DNA of 43,006 bases from Neocallimastix sp. 'constans' (GCA_050613775.1 JBODTK010000151.1:372001-415006); one strand, 5' to 3'. Positions 1 through 13,159 are shown, counted from the stretch's first letter. The notes: generated by a model not told the origin, from the sequence alone. Numbers and translations: made by a program.

Positions 1-2112
1 ATAAACAAATTTACTATGATAATTATGGACAATAGCAGATAGAGCAATTACTAATTCTCTACGAACTAAAGGAGAAGCATCTGCTGTAGCGACTAATATT
101 GAAATGGCTAAATTATGTTCAATATTAATAACTTGTTCAGTTTTTTCTATACCACCGATAAAAGTACCAAGAGCATACATAGCAGCAGCACGAACTTCTG
201 GAACAATATCAGTTAAGATATCGTATAGCCTTTCATGAATATTATCTCGAATACTGATCATCTTAGCTTCCGGGTAGTTTTCCCAAACTTTACCGATACA
301 AATACAAGCCCATTGCTTGAGAAGAGGATCTTGATCGTTGAGATGAAGAACACAAATGGTTAAGAGGTTAGATCTTAAACAGACTTGTTGACCTTCACGA
401 AAATTATGACAAAAAACTGAAAGAATAAAGCAACACATAGCATGATGTTCTGAAATATTTTGAATATGAGGATTATTATTATTATTGGAAAGAATGTTAA
501 TGAAATAAGAATAACCGGAATCCTTTAAAAGATCATTTTGACAACCTTGATCAACCGCTAAAATTTTAGCCCAGATAAAGACTAAAACTGGCTTTAATTC
601 AGCAGCGGGACTTTGAAGAAGTTTAAGAACGTAAGGAAAAATACCAACAGAAAGCGCTAAATTGACAGCCCAAGGTCCTAAATCAAGGAAACGACTAAGG
701 AGCATTAAAGCACGTAATCGATGAACTTGACTAAGTAAGACCTGTAGTACAATGGGTAATTGCTCTGGTGGTTTTTTAGAGATAGCACCCTTAGCAAGCC
801 AAACCTCAAAGGCGGTTAATTGTTCTGTAAAGAAGGTACTATGTTTATACTCGTTAATAATATTTTCACCGGCTTCTTGTTTTTTAATAAGGTTTGGAAG
901 TTGAGAGAGACACATATCTGCAGCTAAATCCCATGCTTTCCATAAAGAATGATTATGGGTTGATGGAAGAATGGGGTAAGTCATAGGATGACAATTAAAG
1001 GATCTCATAATACGTTCTGCTAAAAGATAGTTACGGAATAAAGCTGCAACCATTAAATCTTGACGGAAAAGACGTTTGAAAAGATCATTTGGAAAAACAT
1101 TCCAAGCAATGGTATCAGTAATAGCAGTGAAAATCCAATTGAGTTCACCTAATGGGGTACGTCTATCATTTAAACGACCTGGTATTTTATTAATCATTTC
1201 TGGGGTAATATGAGTAAGCAAAGGGTTTTGCATGAGAAACCATCTTAAAGCTATTTGAATTGGAGTAGTTAAACAACATGAAAATATATCTGCTGGAAGA
1301 TCTGGATTCATAGGTAAAACTTCATTACTACCACAAGCAGCTAATTGTATACAATTTTTAAAGGCCATAGATTTTGGGATAGTTTTCATACCTGTTTGTG
1401 GATCTATGGTTGGAAGTTGACGTCTAGCTTCACTATCACGTTCTTTAGCAAAACGATTGAATGCATTTACAATATTACCAGCATTAGAACAATCATATAC
1501 AAATATAGATGGTGAACCAAGCCATGTTTGAATATCATGAATGGATACCGGAATATATTGCGTATAATTTTTATTGAATACCCAAATTTCACCACCTGGG
1601 GTTGGTTTTGGTACCCCATGACCGTTATAATGGAAGAGAACTCTTTCTTCCTTTGCATTTCTTCTCAAGGAACAACATAATTTTTTTGTTTCCTCTGCTG
1701 AAGGATCGAGTGACAATTTATATCTAGCTCTTGGTTGCCAAACTTCATATTGTTGTTGTAAAGCTTTACCAATTGATTCTAATGCTTTTTGTTGAGGATA
1801 AGCAAAAGGATCAATCCAGCACTCTAATTTTGCACAAGGACTTGTTTTTACAATATCTGGAGGATCAATTCCAATATTTAAACATAATACTAATGCTACT
1901 GACACTGTTTTTAGTCTTTCACGCATTCTCCAGTCCTTTACCTGATTTTTCTTCGAATTACTATCTGATAAATTTCCATTATTCTCATGTCTTCTTTCAC
2001 TATAGAACTGAAAATGGAATATTGCTTCTGGTAATGTTTGTGTTGACATAGATTGTGTATCATAAATATCTTCAGAATTCATATTACTCGATGACATTGG
2101 TGAATTGGACAT
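1..2112 (-). CDS. KOG1: Raptor/KOG1/Mip1, TORC1 scaffold subunit; 5' part (704 codons), continues beyond the left edge
   Basis: ATG at 2112-2110 opens a frame that stays in register to base 1. The translation includes the Raptor N-terminal signature DWRMRERLKTVSVALVLCLNIGIDPPDIVKTSPCAKLECWIDP, then LFHYNGHGVPKPT, LNWIFTAITDTIAWN, LFRQDLMVAALFRNYLLAER, PPEQLPIVLQVLLSQVHRLRAL and HEAT-like ADASPLVRRELVIAL. It is absent from the ORF track, presumably because no stop codon lies in the window. Confidence 0.96.
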   Translation of the reverse strand, partial: MSNSPMSSSNMNSEDIYDTQSMSTQTLPEAIFHFQFYSERRHENNGNLSDSNSKKNQVKDWRMRERLKTVSVALVLCLNIGIDPPDIVKTSPCAKLECWIDPFAYPQQKALESIGKALQQQYEVWQPRARYKLSLDPSAEETKKLCCSLRRNAKEERVLFHYNGHGVPKPTPGGEIWVFNKNYTQYIPVSIHDIQTWLGSPSIFVYDCSNAGNIVNAFNRFAKERDSEARRQLPTIDPQTGMKTIPKSMAFKNCIQLAACGSNEVLPMNPDLPADIFSCCLTTPIQIALRWFLMQNPLLTHITPEMINKIPGRLNDRRTPLGELNWIFTAITDTIAWNVFPNDLFKRLFRQDLMVAALFRNYLLAERIMRSFNCHPMTYPILPSTHNHSLWKAWDLAADMCLSQLPNLIKKQEAGENIINEYKHSTFFTEQLTAFEVWLAKGAISKKPPEQLPIVLQVLLSQVHRLRALMLLSRFLDLGPWAVNLALSVGIFPYVLKLLQSPAAELKPVLVFIWAKILAVDQGCQNDLLKDSGYSYFINILSNNNNNPHIQNISEHHAMCCFILSVFCHNFREGQQVCLRSNLLTICVLHLNDQDPLLKQWACICIGKVWENYPEAKMISIRDNIHERLYDILTDIVPEVRAAAMYALGTFIGGIEKTEQVINIEHNLAISILVATADASPLVRRELVIALSAIVHNYHSKFVY

Positions 2113-2868
2113 TATTAATTATATTTCATTCTATTTCTATTTATTTATATCAGAATTAGTGTAAAGTAATGAAAATAAAATTTTAATAAAGTAATATATT
2201 TTTTTATTTGATTAATGAACACAATATTATATTAATGATGCATACATTTATTAAATGTTTAGTAATTTTATTTATATGTAAAGAATGTATTGTTTACACT
2301 TTTATATTTTTATAAATATTTATATATATATATTATTATTATTAATAAAAAATTATATATAAAAATATGAAATTTTTAAGTTTATACCTTACTCTAAAAA
2401 AAAAAAATAAAAAAAAAATAACAATAATAATGATAATAAAAAAAAAATATATATATATATGAAAGATATATTTAAAAGATATTTTTACTTTATTTTATTT
2501 ATTAATTTTCATTTATTTCTTTTTTTCAATTAAACTTTGTCTTTATTATTCTTTTTCTTTGAAGTGTTTACTGTATTGAATAATTTATATTATTTTTATA
2601 TTATTATATTAGTAGGTACTTTTAAAAGTTCTATTAACAAATAAGTATATTTAATTATTTGCTTAAAATTGAATTAGTTGAAAACGATTTTCTATGATAA
2701 AAAAAAAATAAAAAAAAAAAATTGTATTATTTATATATAAAGTATTGAATATTAAAATTTTGTACTATTTTAAGAATTTCAAGGATAGTATTTATGATAT
2801 TCAAATATATATATATATTTTTTTGAAATTATTTAATTTTGTTCTTTTAAGCTTGTTTCTTTTCTTTA

Positions 2869-2920
<52 letters not shown>

Positions 2921-3225
2921 TTTTTTTTTTTTTTTTTTTTTTTTCTATTATTAAAAGTAAATTAGTCTATTAAAATATAATATGTAAATCTAAAAAAAAA
3001 TATATATTATATTTTTATAACAAACTTTTTAATATATATATTTTTTTAATTTAATAAAGGATATTTTTCCATTATTATTTTTTTAAGTATAATAGATAAT
3101 TAATAATGCTATTCTGTTCTTTATTTAATAATGTATACATTTTTTCAATGCATAAAAATTTATAATTAAAATATTTAAATCTACGAATTAAAATTCTTCA
3201 AATAATTAAATAATTTAACTCTCTA

Positions 3226-3257
<32 letters not shown>

Positions 3258-3489
3258 CACTTTTATATGAATTTGTTCCACTAATATTTGTCATATATAT
3301 AATAAAGATATTGAATAATAATGAATAATAATTTTAAGAATTAAAAAATGAAATAAAAAAAAAAAAGAAAGTTTGTGTATATCAACTAATATAACATCAT
3401 AAAAAATATTACCATTAATATAAATGGTAGAATGAAATATAAAAACTGTAATTAATAATTAATTACTTTTGTATATATAACATTTAATA

Positions 3490-3528
<39 letters not shown>

Positions 3529-4195
3529 TTAAAATAAATTTAAATCTTAATTAATAATATTTTCAATTGATATTTAACATTTTTAATTATAATCGACTAA
3601 ATAAAATTTATTATCCATGATTTTTTTTTTAAATGAATGTTTGATATTTTCAATTACTAAATTATTTTATTTTATAAGAATTAAATTTTAATATAGTTAA
3701 ATTGTAAATTTTATATAATTTTAAGTAGTTAAAAAAAAAATACTTTTGAATATAAATAATAAAAAAGTGTCGTTCACATCAATAGGTCCTTTTTGTTTCT
3801 GTATTTATTTTAAAAAAAAAAATAGACATAGTAAAATAGTTTTGAATATTTTATACTAAAAAGAAATATTTATATAATAATTAAATATTTAATTTAATTT
3901 ATTAGATATGGTATGTACTTTTTTAAAAAAAAAAAAAAAAAGAATAAATATGATAGCTTAAATCATTTTAACTTCATTCATATTTAAAATTGTGTAACTA
4001 TTAGAAATATTTAAATTAATAATATTTTTTAATAACTGTGTAACTTTTATATAAATAAAACAAAAATTATTATACATTTTATTATTATTAAATATTTTAA
4101 ATTATAATAAAATAAATTTTTCTTATAATGATTATAAAATAATAAGAATAACCATGAAAGAATTATATTTTTATAATTTCATATTTTATTAATTT

Positions 4196-4231
<36 letters not shown>

Positions 4232-4359
4232 ATAAAAAAAATACTTCCATAGATATTTAATATAATATTATTATTATTTTTTATAAAAAAAAAATTTTTT
4301 TAAATACTTTAAATGATATATAGGATATATAAATTAATTATATGTGAATTTTAAAGATA

Positions 4360-4427
<68 letters not shown>

Positions 4428-4644
4428 TATTTAACTCAAAATGTCTCTAATAATTTTTTCTTAATTTTATCAAAGGTAAGTAATTTAAAAAAAAAAAAAA
4501 AAAAAAAGCAATTAAACAAAAAGAAAAATAATATATAAATTATATAATATCAAATAATTAATTTTTTTTCTTTCAAATTTTGATATATATATATATATAT
4601 ATAATTTAAAAATGGTATTGATTTATATAGTGGGGATATAAATA

Positions 4645-5397
4645 TTAATTTGCTAAAATAGCTTTAATATTTTTTGGTGTAGTTTCATCATTCAAATGTT
4701 TTGATGTATATCTTAAAGCATTTAATAATGGTTCAGTATCAGTACCACCATTATTTTGTATAATTTTAATATACCCTTTTACATTGACCTTAGAAGCCTT
4801 AACAAAGACACCATTTGGTTCTATATGATCATAAAGGATAATGCAAGTAGTCATAACTCTTAAACAATATGGCTTCAATTGAGGATTGGTAAGACTTTTT
4901 AATTTATTTATTTAATGATAATAATTTACATAAAAAGATATATATATTATTATAAATTTAATCATTAATTAAAATAAAAATATTATACTTCATTTTACAT
5001 AAAAAAAAAAAAAAAAGAAAAAAAAATTTTTTTTTTTAATCAAATAATATATACCGATTTTTAACGATAGAATTGTAATGAGAATATGATAGCATAGATA
5101 AGCATTGCGTAACTTGGGAAAGACTAATGTCTGGATCCTAGTTTTTGTTAAATAATAATATAAATTTTATTATTTTCATAATAATAATAATATTATTATT
5201 ATTATATTATTATTAAATTTAAATTTATTAAATTATATGTATTAAAATTTACATTATTGATGCATTCTATAGTTGCATCAGTTATAATTTTTAACATAGG
5301 TGTAGAGTAAGCATAAAATAATGACATTTTATTAGCCAATTCATCTTGAACTGGAATTTGGTCATTTGTATTCTTTTATATAATATAAAATAGTTAA

Positions 5398-5429
<32 letters not shown>

Positions 5430-6431
5430 GACACAAAAAATAAATATAAAAAAAAAAAATTAAAAAAAAAAAAAAAAAAAATTAAAAAAAAAAAAAAAAA
5501 AAATAAAAAAAATAAAAAAATAAAATATAATATAATATAATAATATAAAATAAAAATTAAAAATTAATTAAATAGAAATAAAAATTAATTAAATATAATA
5601 TTAAACTATACACGTATATAAATACTTACTCCTTTGTTTCTAGATAAAGTTCTTCTATAGTATGAGAAATCATTCTGGATAGCTGGATTTGTCATCTGAA
5701 TATTTATAATATTTATATTATAAAAATTTATTAATTTTAAACATACCATTTTGTTTAACAACAAATATTAATAATTTTTAATTAAGTAATAATAATTATA
5801 TTTATATAAAAATTACCTTTAAATCATCCCATTGAGAAACAAAGTGTAAGACATCTCCAAAACATTTTAAAACTGTTTGGTAATTTCTAAGATTATTTTC
5901 TACATTACCAGTACATAATTTTTTTAATAGTTGAGGAAATGCTTCTGCTATTTTCTTAGCAAATTCATAATAATCCTTAAGTTTAGATACAGAAGGACAT
6001 AATGCATTCCAAGCCTCCTCTTCATTTTGTCTATTCGGAGTTGATATGGCCTTCCTAATCAGTTCCCCACAACCCGTATACTGCTTTAAGGATTTTAATA
6101 CGGCCTCTGTTGGTCGTAAAATTTCAGTAGCATATTTATAAATTTCTACTTCATCTGGTTTGGTATTGGTACCTATATATAATATAAATTAGATGTTTAG
6201 AGTATACCCAAATAAATTAATATTGCAATATAGTTTTTTTATTTTTTTTTTTTTAACTTTTATAAGTAAAATATACAATAAAAATCTATCTTCTAAAAAT
6301 ATTTTAATTTAATTATCATTATTCTGGGTTTCATTAATATTATATAATAAATAAATATACTTACAATCTAAATCTAATGGAATGTCTGGGATGTTATCAC
6401 CAGAACCAAAATTGGAAAGTGCATTACCCAT
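4645..6431 (-). CDS. CYRI: CYRI/FAM49 (DUF1394) CYFIP-related Rac1 interactor, 6 exons, about 313 aa
   Basis: Exons 6431-6365, 6172-5817, 5695-5630, 5372-5253, 5137-5055 and 4894-4645 are all GT-AG and join in frame (942 nt). Protein: MGNALSN... [15 protein letters not shown]... [20 protein letters not shown]... [24 protein letters not shown]... [16 protein letters not shown]... [15 protein letters not shown]... [25 protein letters not shown]. These match FAM49 motifs. Confidence 0.93.
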
Positions 6432-6507
6432 TGATAATTATATATAAATATTTTAATTTTTTTTTTTTTTTTTTTTTTTTTTAATAATTATTTCCTTTTG
6501 GATACTC

Positions 6508-6510
<3 letters not shown>

Positions 6511-6582
<72 letters not shown>
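6511..6582. repeat. (ATT/AAT)n microsatellite just upstream of the CYRI start codon
   Basis: About 24 perfect trinucleotide units, read directly. Confidence 0.9.
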
Positions 6583-7294
6583 GAATTATGATTATTAACA
6601 AAAATTTTTGTATTGGGTAATTTCTTTATTATATAGAATTATATGACTTATAATTAGGGGTAAATAATAATTATATTTATTATTGATATTAATTAATAAA
6701 GTTTATATAAACTAAATCTATATACTCTAAAAAATTAAATTAATTTCGTATTATCCTAGAAACTATATTTAAAAAAAAAAAAATAAAATTATTAAGTATA
6801 AAATATTTTATGAATTGTAAATTTCAAAAATAAGTAAAAAAAATAATAATAAAAATAAAAAAAAATTAATATGATATATTATTAATTAACATTTTAATTT
6901 TGATAGAGAATATATATAATATTCTATTTTTTAATAATATTATATTTAATTGTGTTAAGTTTCAAAATATTTAATTTTGTAATATTTAATGTACTTTTAT
7001 TTGTAATCTTTAAATTTAGAATAATGATAATAAAAAATAGTATTATATTAATGATGATTTTTATAAAAAGCATAAAAGTTAAGCTTTATTTGAAAATTTA
7101 GAAAAGAATTGATTTTTTATATTTAATGTACTAATAATTATTTTTTTATTTGTTCAATAAATTATAATTTAAAATAATAATAGTTTTAACAATTAAATTT
7201 TGAATTTTAAAACATTAAATTATTTATATACAATTATAACTATATATAAGGTTATCATAACTTTAAATAATGATATTTTAATGTTTATTATTAC

Positions 7295-7330
<36 letters not shown>

Positions 7331-10300
7331 AATTCTTTTAAAATATTATAAAAAAAAAGTTCTCTTATAAACTTAAATTATGTTGTCTATAATAATGTAA
7401 TAGCAATATCTTCTTTTTTACTTTATAAAGAAAAACTCCTTTTTTTTTTTTTTTTTTGTAATTTTTATTTCTAAAAATGTATGATAATTTACTTTATATA
7501 TACTAATTATCATTATTACAATCAAATTTTTTTTATTAATGATTATTACTTAAAAAGGAATTTGTTTAATTTTTTTTTTATATTTTAATAAAATAATATT
7601 TCAAAATATATTATATTATATATGTATTTATACTTAATGATATTATATGGATGATACTATTAACAATTAATTATTATTATTATTTTTTTTTTTTTCCACT
7701 TTAAAATCACTTTTTTTTCCGTAATTTTTATTGTTTTTAATTTCTACTTAATTACTACTACATTATAATTTTGATATATTACTTTTATATATATATTATA
7801 TATATATATTTTTTTTTAAAAAAATTCTGTCTTTTATAATAATTTATAGCTATAAATATAATTTTTTTTAAAAGAAAAAAAAAAATTATTTGAGATTTTA
7901 CAATTTTTTTTAATATATAAGTATTTATTAAATTATATAATATTATATTAAATTTCATTAAAATTTTAATTTAATATATGGTTATTATATTTATTCATTT
8001 TGATTTTTGATATTTTTTAATTATATAAAAGGTAATATATTTTTGTATTATTTTATTTATTAATATCACTTCTAAAAATTATTATAATCTTTCTTTTTTT
8101 CTTTTTTTTTTTATTTCATTTTATTTTTTATTTTAAAATTTCTCTCTACATTATTTATAATTATGAATGAGTGATATTACACTATATATTAAATATTAGA
8201 AATAATTACAAAACTAAAGAAATTTATAAAATATTATATTTATACCTTTTTTTATTTATGTTTATGTATATATGTATATTTTATTAAAAAATGATAATAA
8301 TTATCATTATTTTTAGTAAAAGTAAATGATTTATTAAAATAATGATATATTAAAATATATATACAATATATATTAGATATATATTCACTTCTATTAAATT
8401 ATAATTGAAGATACTATTTATTTAAATGATGATAAAGCCATCATTTGATTAAATGCATGTATATTTATTCTATATATATTATTTGTTTTAAAATATCCTC
8501 TTCTTTGTTTCTAAAATTACTATTTGAATAGCTTTTTGATTATGCTTTATTTTTTTTATCTTTTTATTAAATTAGTACGTATATATTTTTAATATAATAA
8601 AAATCGAATGATTCTAAGAAATACTTTTTCTATATTGTAAAAAAACAATTAAATATATATTTATATATTGAATGATAATTCTTTAATAAATGTAACAAAG
8701 TTTCGATTATCACAATTTAAAATAATTATAATATAAATTATATAATTTTTAGTTTTATCCTTTAGTATTATATTTCTATCATTTATTATTAATTATTATT
8801 ATTATATTTAATATCTTCTTATAATCCTGTATATTATTATTTTTTTTATATTTGTATAATAATTTTTAATGTTGAGTACTTTTTGTAATATATTATTTTA
8901 ATATTTTTATCCATTTCCAATATTAAGTTCGTTATATATTGTATTTAATATAATATAATATAATTTTTTTTTTTTTTTGAAATTAAAAAAGTTATGTAAA
9001 ATTATATATATTATACCTTTAACCTTTTTTTTTTATTATTTTATTCGAAGATGTATTTATATATAAATTATCTAGATGATTAAACAAAAAGAAAAAAAAT
9101 TTAAAAAAAAAATGTATATATAAAAAAAATAAAATAAAATAAAAAATTTATATAATATAGTATAAAAAAAAAAAAATAAAAAATAAAATACAAATACATA
9201 TAGGAAAAAAAGAAACCAGTAAAAAAAAAATATTATTAATTAGCGTTATGTTTTTTTATTTTATATTTTTTTTATTGTAATATATATTTACGGTTATTTA
9301 AAATTCTCTCTATATAAATATTTTATGATTTAAGTAAAAAAAAAAAATAAAAATAATAATAATAATAAAAAACATTTAATTATGAAACAAATAAAAATTT
9401 ATAATAATCACAACTAATTATTTAAATTATTAATTTAATTTAAATTTATTTATCATTATTATTATTTTTATTATTATTAAAAAATGATAGTAATTTAAAA
9501 TCATTATTATAAATCATATTATTTTAAATCATTATTTTAAACTTTATTATTTTATATTGTTATAAATAATTATTTTAAATAATATTATTTTAAATCATTA
9601 TTTTAAATTATATTCTTTTTATAAATTGTTTTATTATGATTTAATTATATACAACTTTGTTTAATAAATATTTTTTCAACGAACTATATTTAGTAATGAA
9701 GTTTATTATGTATTTAATAATTATATATATCTTATTAATCATATCAATTTATGTATCATCCTTCAATTAAAAAAATATATATGATAAATAAATAATCTAT
9801 TAATAATTTAAAGATTAATATTAATAGTATAATTTATAATTAACATTTTCTCATTGTTATATTTAGTAATAAATAATGTTCATAATGTGAGAAAAAAAAA
9901 TTAATAAAATAAATGTTTTATTCTTTATAAATAATCAAATAAATGTATAAAAATATTTTTTTTAACTAATAATATTAATTTTTTGAAATAAAAAATTTTA
10001 TACAATATAAAATTTTTTATTTCTAAAATTAATATTAATTGAGCATTTTTATTTTCTAAAAAAAATCAAACATATAAAAAATCCAAATATCTATGTCATT
10101 AATGATAAAATGATTATTTTAATTATTTAATAAAAAAACATTGTTTACAATTTTTCCATTAAACGTTATATAAATAAATAAATATATAATATGATATTAT
10201 ATACATATATATATCGAAAATTAACTAAGTATATATAATTAGTTATTAATCTAGTTAATATACATAACATTTATTATATAAATAGTTTCAATTATTAATT

Positions 10301-10391
10301 TTACATAATTTCTTTTTTATTTATTTTTATTATCTTAATAAAATGTAGTGAACAAATTACAAATTATGAATTTAAAATATACATATTTATA

Positions 10392-10425
<34 letters not shown>

Positions 10426-10902
10426 GAATCAAACCATAATAGATATACCTAAACAATTATTTATTGTTTAAAATAAAACTCTGAGAAATTTAAAGTTTTT
10501 AAAGTTAATTAATTAGATAAAGATTTCTGTTATTTTTATATATATAATATTTCATTAACTATATGTAATTATGGTTAATGAAATTTTGTAATATTTATTT
10601 CATGTTATTTAATTATTAATGTAAAAAAATTTTTATTGCATTTTTATAGTATTATATATATAAATATACATATATATATTTTATATAATTTTATTTTTAT
10701 TAATTCTACATATAAGAAACAAATCAAATAAAAAAAAATATTTTTTAAAATATTTTACTTTTTCATTTCAAATTTTTTTTTTTTTGGTAATAAATCAATA
10801 CATTAAAGTTTACATATACTAATATATAATTATATAATTTTATCAATTAAAATATGTAAAATATAAATTCACTTTTGTTAAAAATAATTAATTATTTATT
10901 AT

Positions 10903-11143
10903 TGTTAAAAATAAAGTTTATTATATTTTATTAATTATTAAGTTAAAATATATTTAAAATAAATATTGTATATGTTAACTAAATATTTGAGGCTTATATA
11001 TATTATAATAATGAGTTAGTACAAAAATATGATTGTATTATGTAAATGTATTAATATAAAAATAATAATATTTTTTATAATTAAAAAATAAGAACTTAAT
11101 AAAATAAATAAAAAGTGATTAATTAAAACAAAATAAATTTAAA
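10903..11143 (+). repeat. 5' LTR
   Basis: Begins TGTTAAAAATAAAG and ends ...AATAAATTTAAA. It matches 13167-13392 apart from about 4 substitutions, a ~16-bp indel and a 3-bp indel. Confidence 0.9.
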
Positions 11144-11159
11144 AGATTAAGAGTCTCAT
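11144..11159 (+). promoter_or_regulatory. Primer-binding site complementary to the anticodon arm (5' half) of tRNA-Lys(CUU)
   Basis: AGATTAAGAGTCTCAT directly follows the 5' LTR. Its reverse complement, ATGAGACTCTTAATCT, is the anticodon stem-loop of eukaryotic tRNA-Lys-CTT as recalled. Confidence 0.8.
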
Positions 11160-11249
11160 AGACTTATATGTGAAAATATTTGTAGTGTTGTAAACATTAT
11201 AAATAAAATATTTTTTTTATATAAAAATAATAACAAAACTCAATCTAAA

Positions 11250-13139
11250 ATGAGCATAACAAATGTAACGTCAACAAAAGTAATGTTGATGAAAGACAAT
11301 TATAACATTTAGTTACCTGACATGGAAATGGTCTTGAAAATAAATGGTGTCGAAGAATACATCGACGAAAGATTACTAAAAACAATACCAGAGAACGAAA
11401 TTCCAGAAAACAAAAGAAATGAAGTAAGAAATACTCATATCTTATATTATGAAGAACAGGTTACCAAGGAAATGATTAAAAAAGATGCTACCGCGAAGTT
11501 TTTGATAAGTAATAGCATTTCAGAAGAAATGAAAGCTAAAATAGATTTTAGAAGAAATACCGCTTATGATATCTGGAAAATCATAATGGAAGGGAATAAT
11601 AAATCTAATGAAGAAAAAAAGAATGAATTAAACAATCAACTGGAAACTTTGATATATCAAAAGGATTCAGATATATCAATATTCATTGACGAATTAGATA
11701 GAATTTTTGGAGAACTATATATACTTGGTGAAGTACTATCTGAGGAAAAGAAATACAATATCTTGTATTCCGCGTTACCTTATGAAACTGTCATAGAAAC
11801 AAATATTATTTCAACCAAGAAAAAATACACTGAAAGTTGCAACCTCTTAAAAACTACAATTCCATACATAAAATATTTAAAGGAAGAATCAAAAAATAAG
11901 CAAAGAAACAAAGCAGTTATTTTAAATACAACCAAAGTAAGTAACAGAACCCAATTTAATAGTAAAGAAAGTAACAGATACAATAACAAAAATAATAACA
12001 ATAAAGAAAACAGGAAATGTTTTATATGTGGGAAGATAGGCCATATGGCAAAGAATTGATGGCACAATAGGAAGAATAAGAATAATAAAGGTAATAATAG
12101 AGCACACGCCAATAATCCTACCAACAAAATGCCAGAAACCTACTGTGAATTTGAAGATTTCATAAATGATCTGAGGGACTATGATACTGATGACGAAGGA
12201 GAATCATTAAATGCTATGACACCGAGGCCAAAATACTACTAAAGAAAATAAAAAAAAAAAAAAAAAGGAGCACCAGTGTAAACAAAGTAACTCTTCTAGC
12301 GAATATCAAGAGTAGCTACTATCTATCGAAATTAACAGAACAAAAGAATATTCCAAAAAGTATAGTTAGTTGGACGATAGATTCTAGTGCTACATATCAT
12401 ATGACTAATAATTCTGATACATTAATTGATAAAAGAAAATGTAATAAAATAATTCAATTAGCTGATTGTGATATAGTTGCTGCTACATACATTGGTACGT
12501 ATATAGGATACATTAATAATAACGAGATTAAAGAATGTATTGTATATACCAGAATTTAAGAGAAGCCTATTATCAATAGACAATTTAATGAATATGAAAT
12601 AAATAATATTAAAAATTTATTAAAGAAGCATTTCAACATCACAGATATCAGAAATGCAAATACTATTATAGGTATCAAATTTGTAAAAGAGAGGGATGGT
12701 TATTTATTATATCAAAAGAGGTATGTTGAAAATATGCTTGATAAATATGATATAAATAAATATAAGATATCTTCAAACATGATACCAGAGAAAAATGAAA
12801 AGTTGAGAAAGAAAAAATTTAATATCACAAGATATCAACAAACTATAGGAACACTTTTATACCTTGCACTCTGTACCAGACCCGACATTATGCTTGCCGT
12901 AAAGCATCACGTAAGCCAAAAAATCCTACTTATGAAGATTGGTTAAATGTAATAAAGATATTTAGATACTTGAAAGGAAAGCCAAGATATGGTTTAAGAT
13001 ATAGAAAGAATTAGTTAAGGAAAATAGAATCAAATTAAAGTATGTTAAGTCCATGGATAATTTAGCTGACGGTTTTACAAAGTATTTAAATACAAACCTA
13101 ATGAATAAATTCAGAAAATCTATATTAGTAAAATTCTAA
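11250..13139 (+). pseudogene. Degenerate copia gag-pol
   Basis: ATG at 11250, with in-frame TAG at 11310 where the NYxxW Trp is expected. TGA at 12057 replaces the last zinc-knuckle Cys (CFICGKIGHMAKN*). The protease motif reads DSS instead of DSG at 12380-12388. Frameshifts are present. Integrase and the RT core are missing (junction about 12585), and most of RNase H is missing (junction about 13007). Terminal stop at 13137-13139. Confidence 0.9.
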
Positions 13140-13159
13140 ATAAATCAGAACTAAACTTT

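Noticed and set aside
1467..2051. ORFs 1467-1658 (-) and 1731-2051 (+)
   Set aside because: Alternative-frame and antisense shadows of the Raptor CDS.
2745..2954. Poly-Leu/Phe ORF resembling a membrane peptide
   Set aside because: Translation of (TTA)n and poly-T tracts; TTG start; no coding texture.
6432..10900. 4.5-kb gene-free stretch, including decayed ATTATTTTAAATC-like repeats at about 9495-9610
   Set aside because: No exon-like islands, RNA gene or terminal repeats could be supported. It looks like ordinary very AT-rich intergenic or 5' UTR intron DNA.
11780..12127. Hydrophobic antisense ORFs in gag, possible env or antisense protein
   Set aside because: Expected mirror of A-rich Lys/Asn codons on the sense strand.
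11310..12655. RIP-like G-to-A lesions in the copia element (TGG to TAG, GGT to AGT, GGA to AGA)
   Set aside because: Too few sites, mixed contexts and no consensus for comparison. A general GC-to-AT mutation bias explains them.
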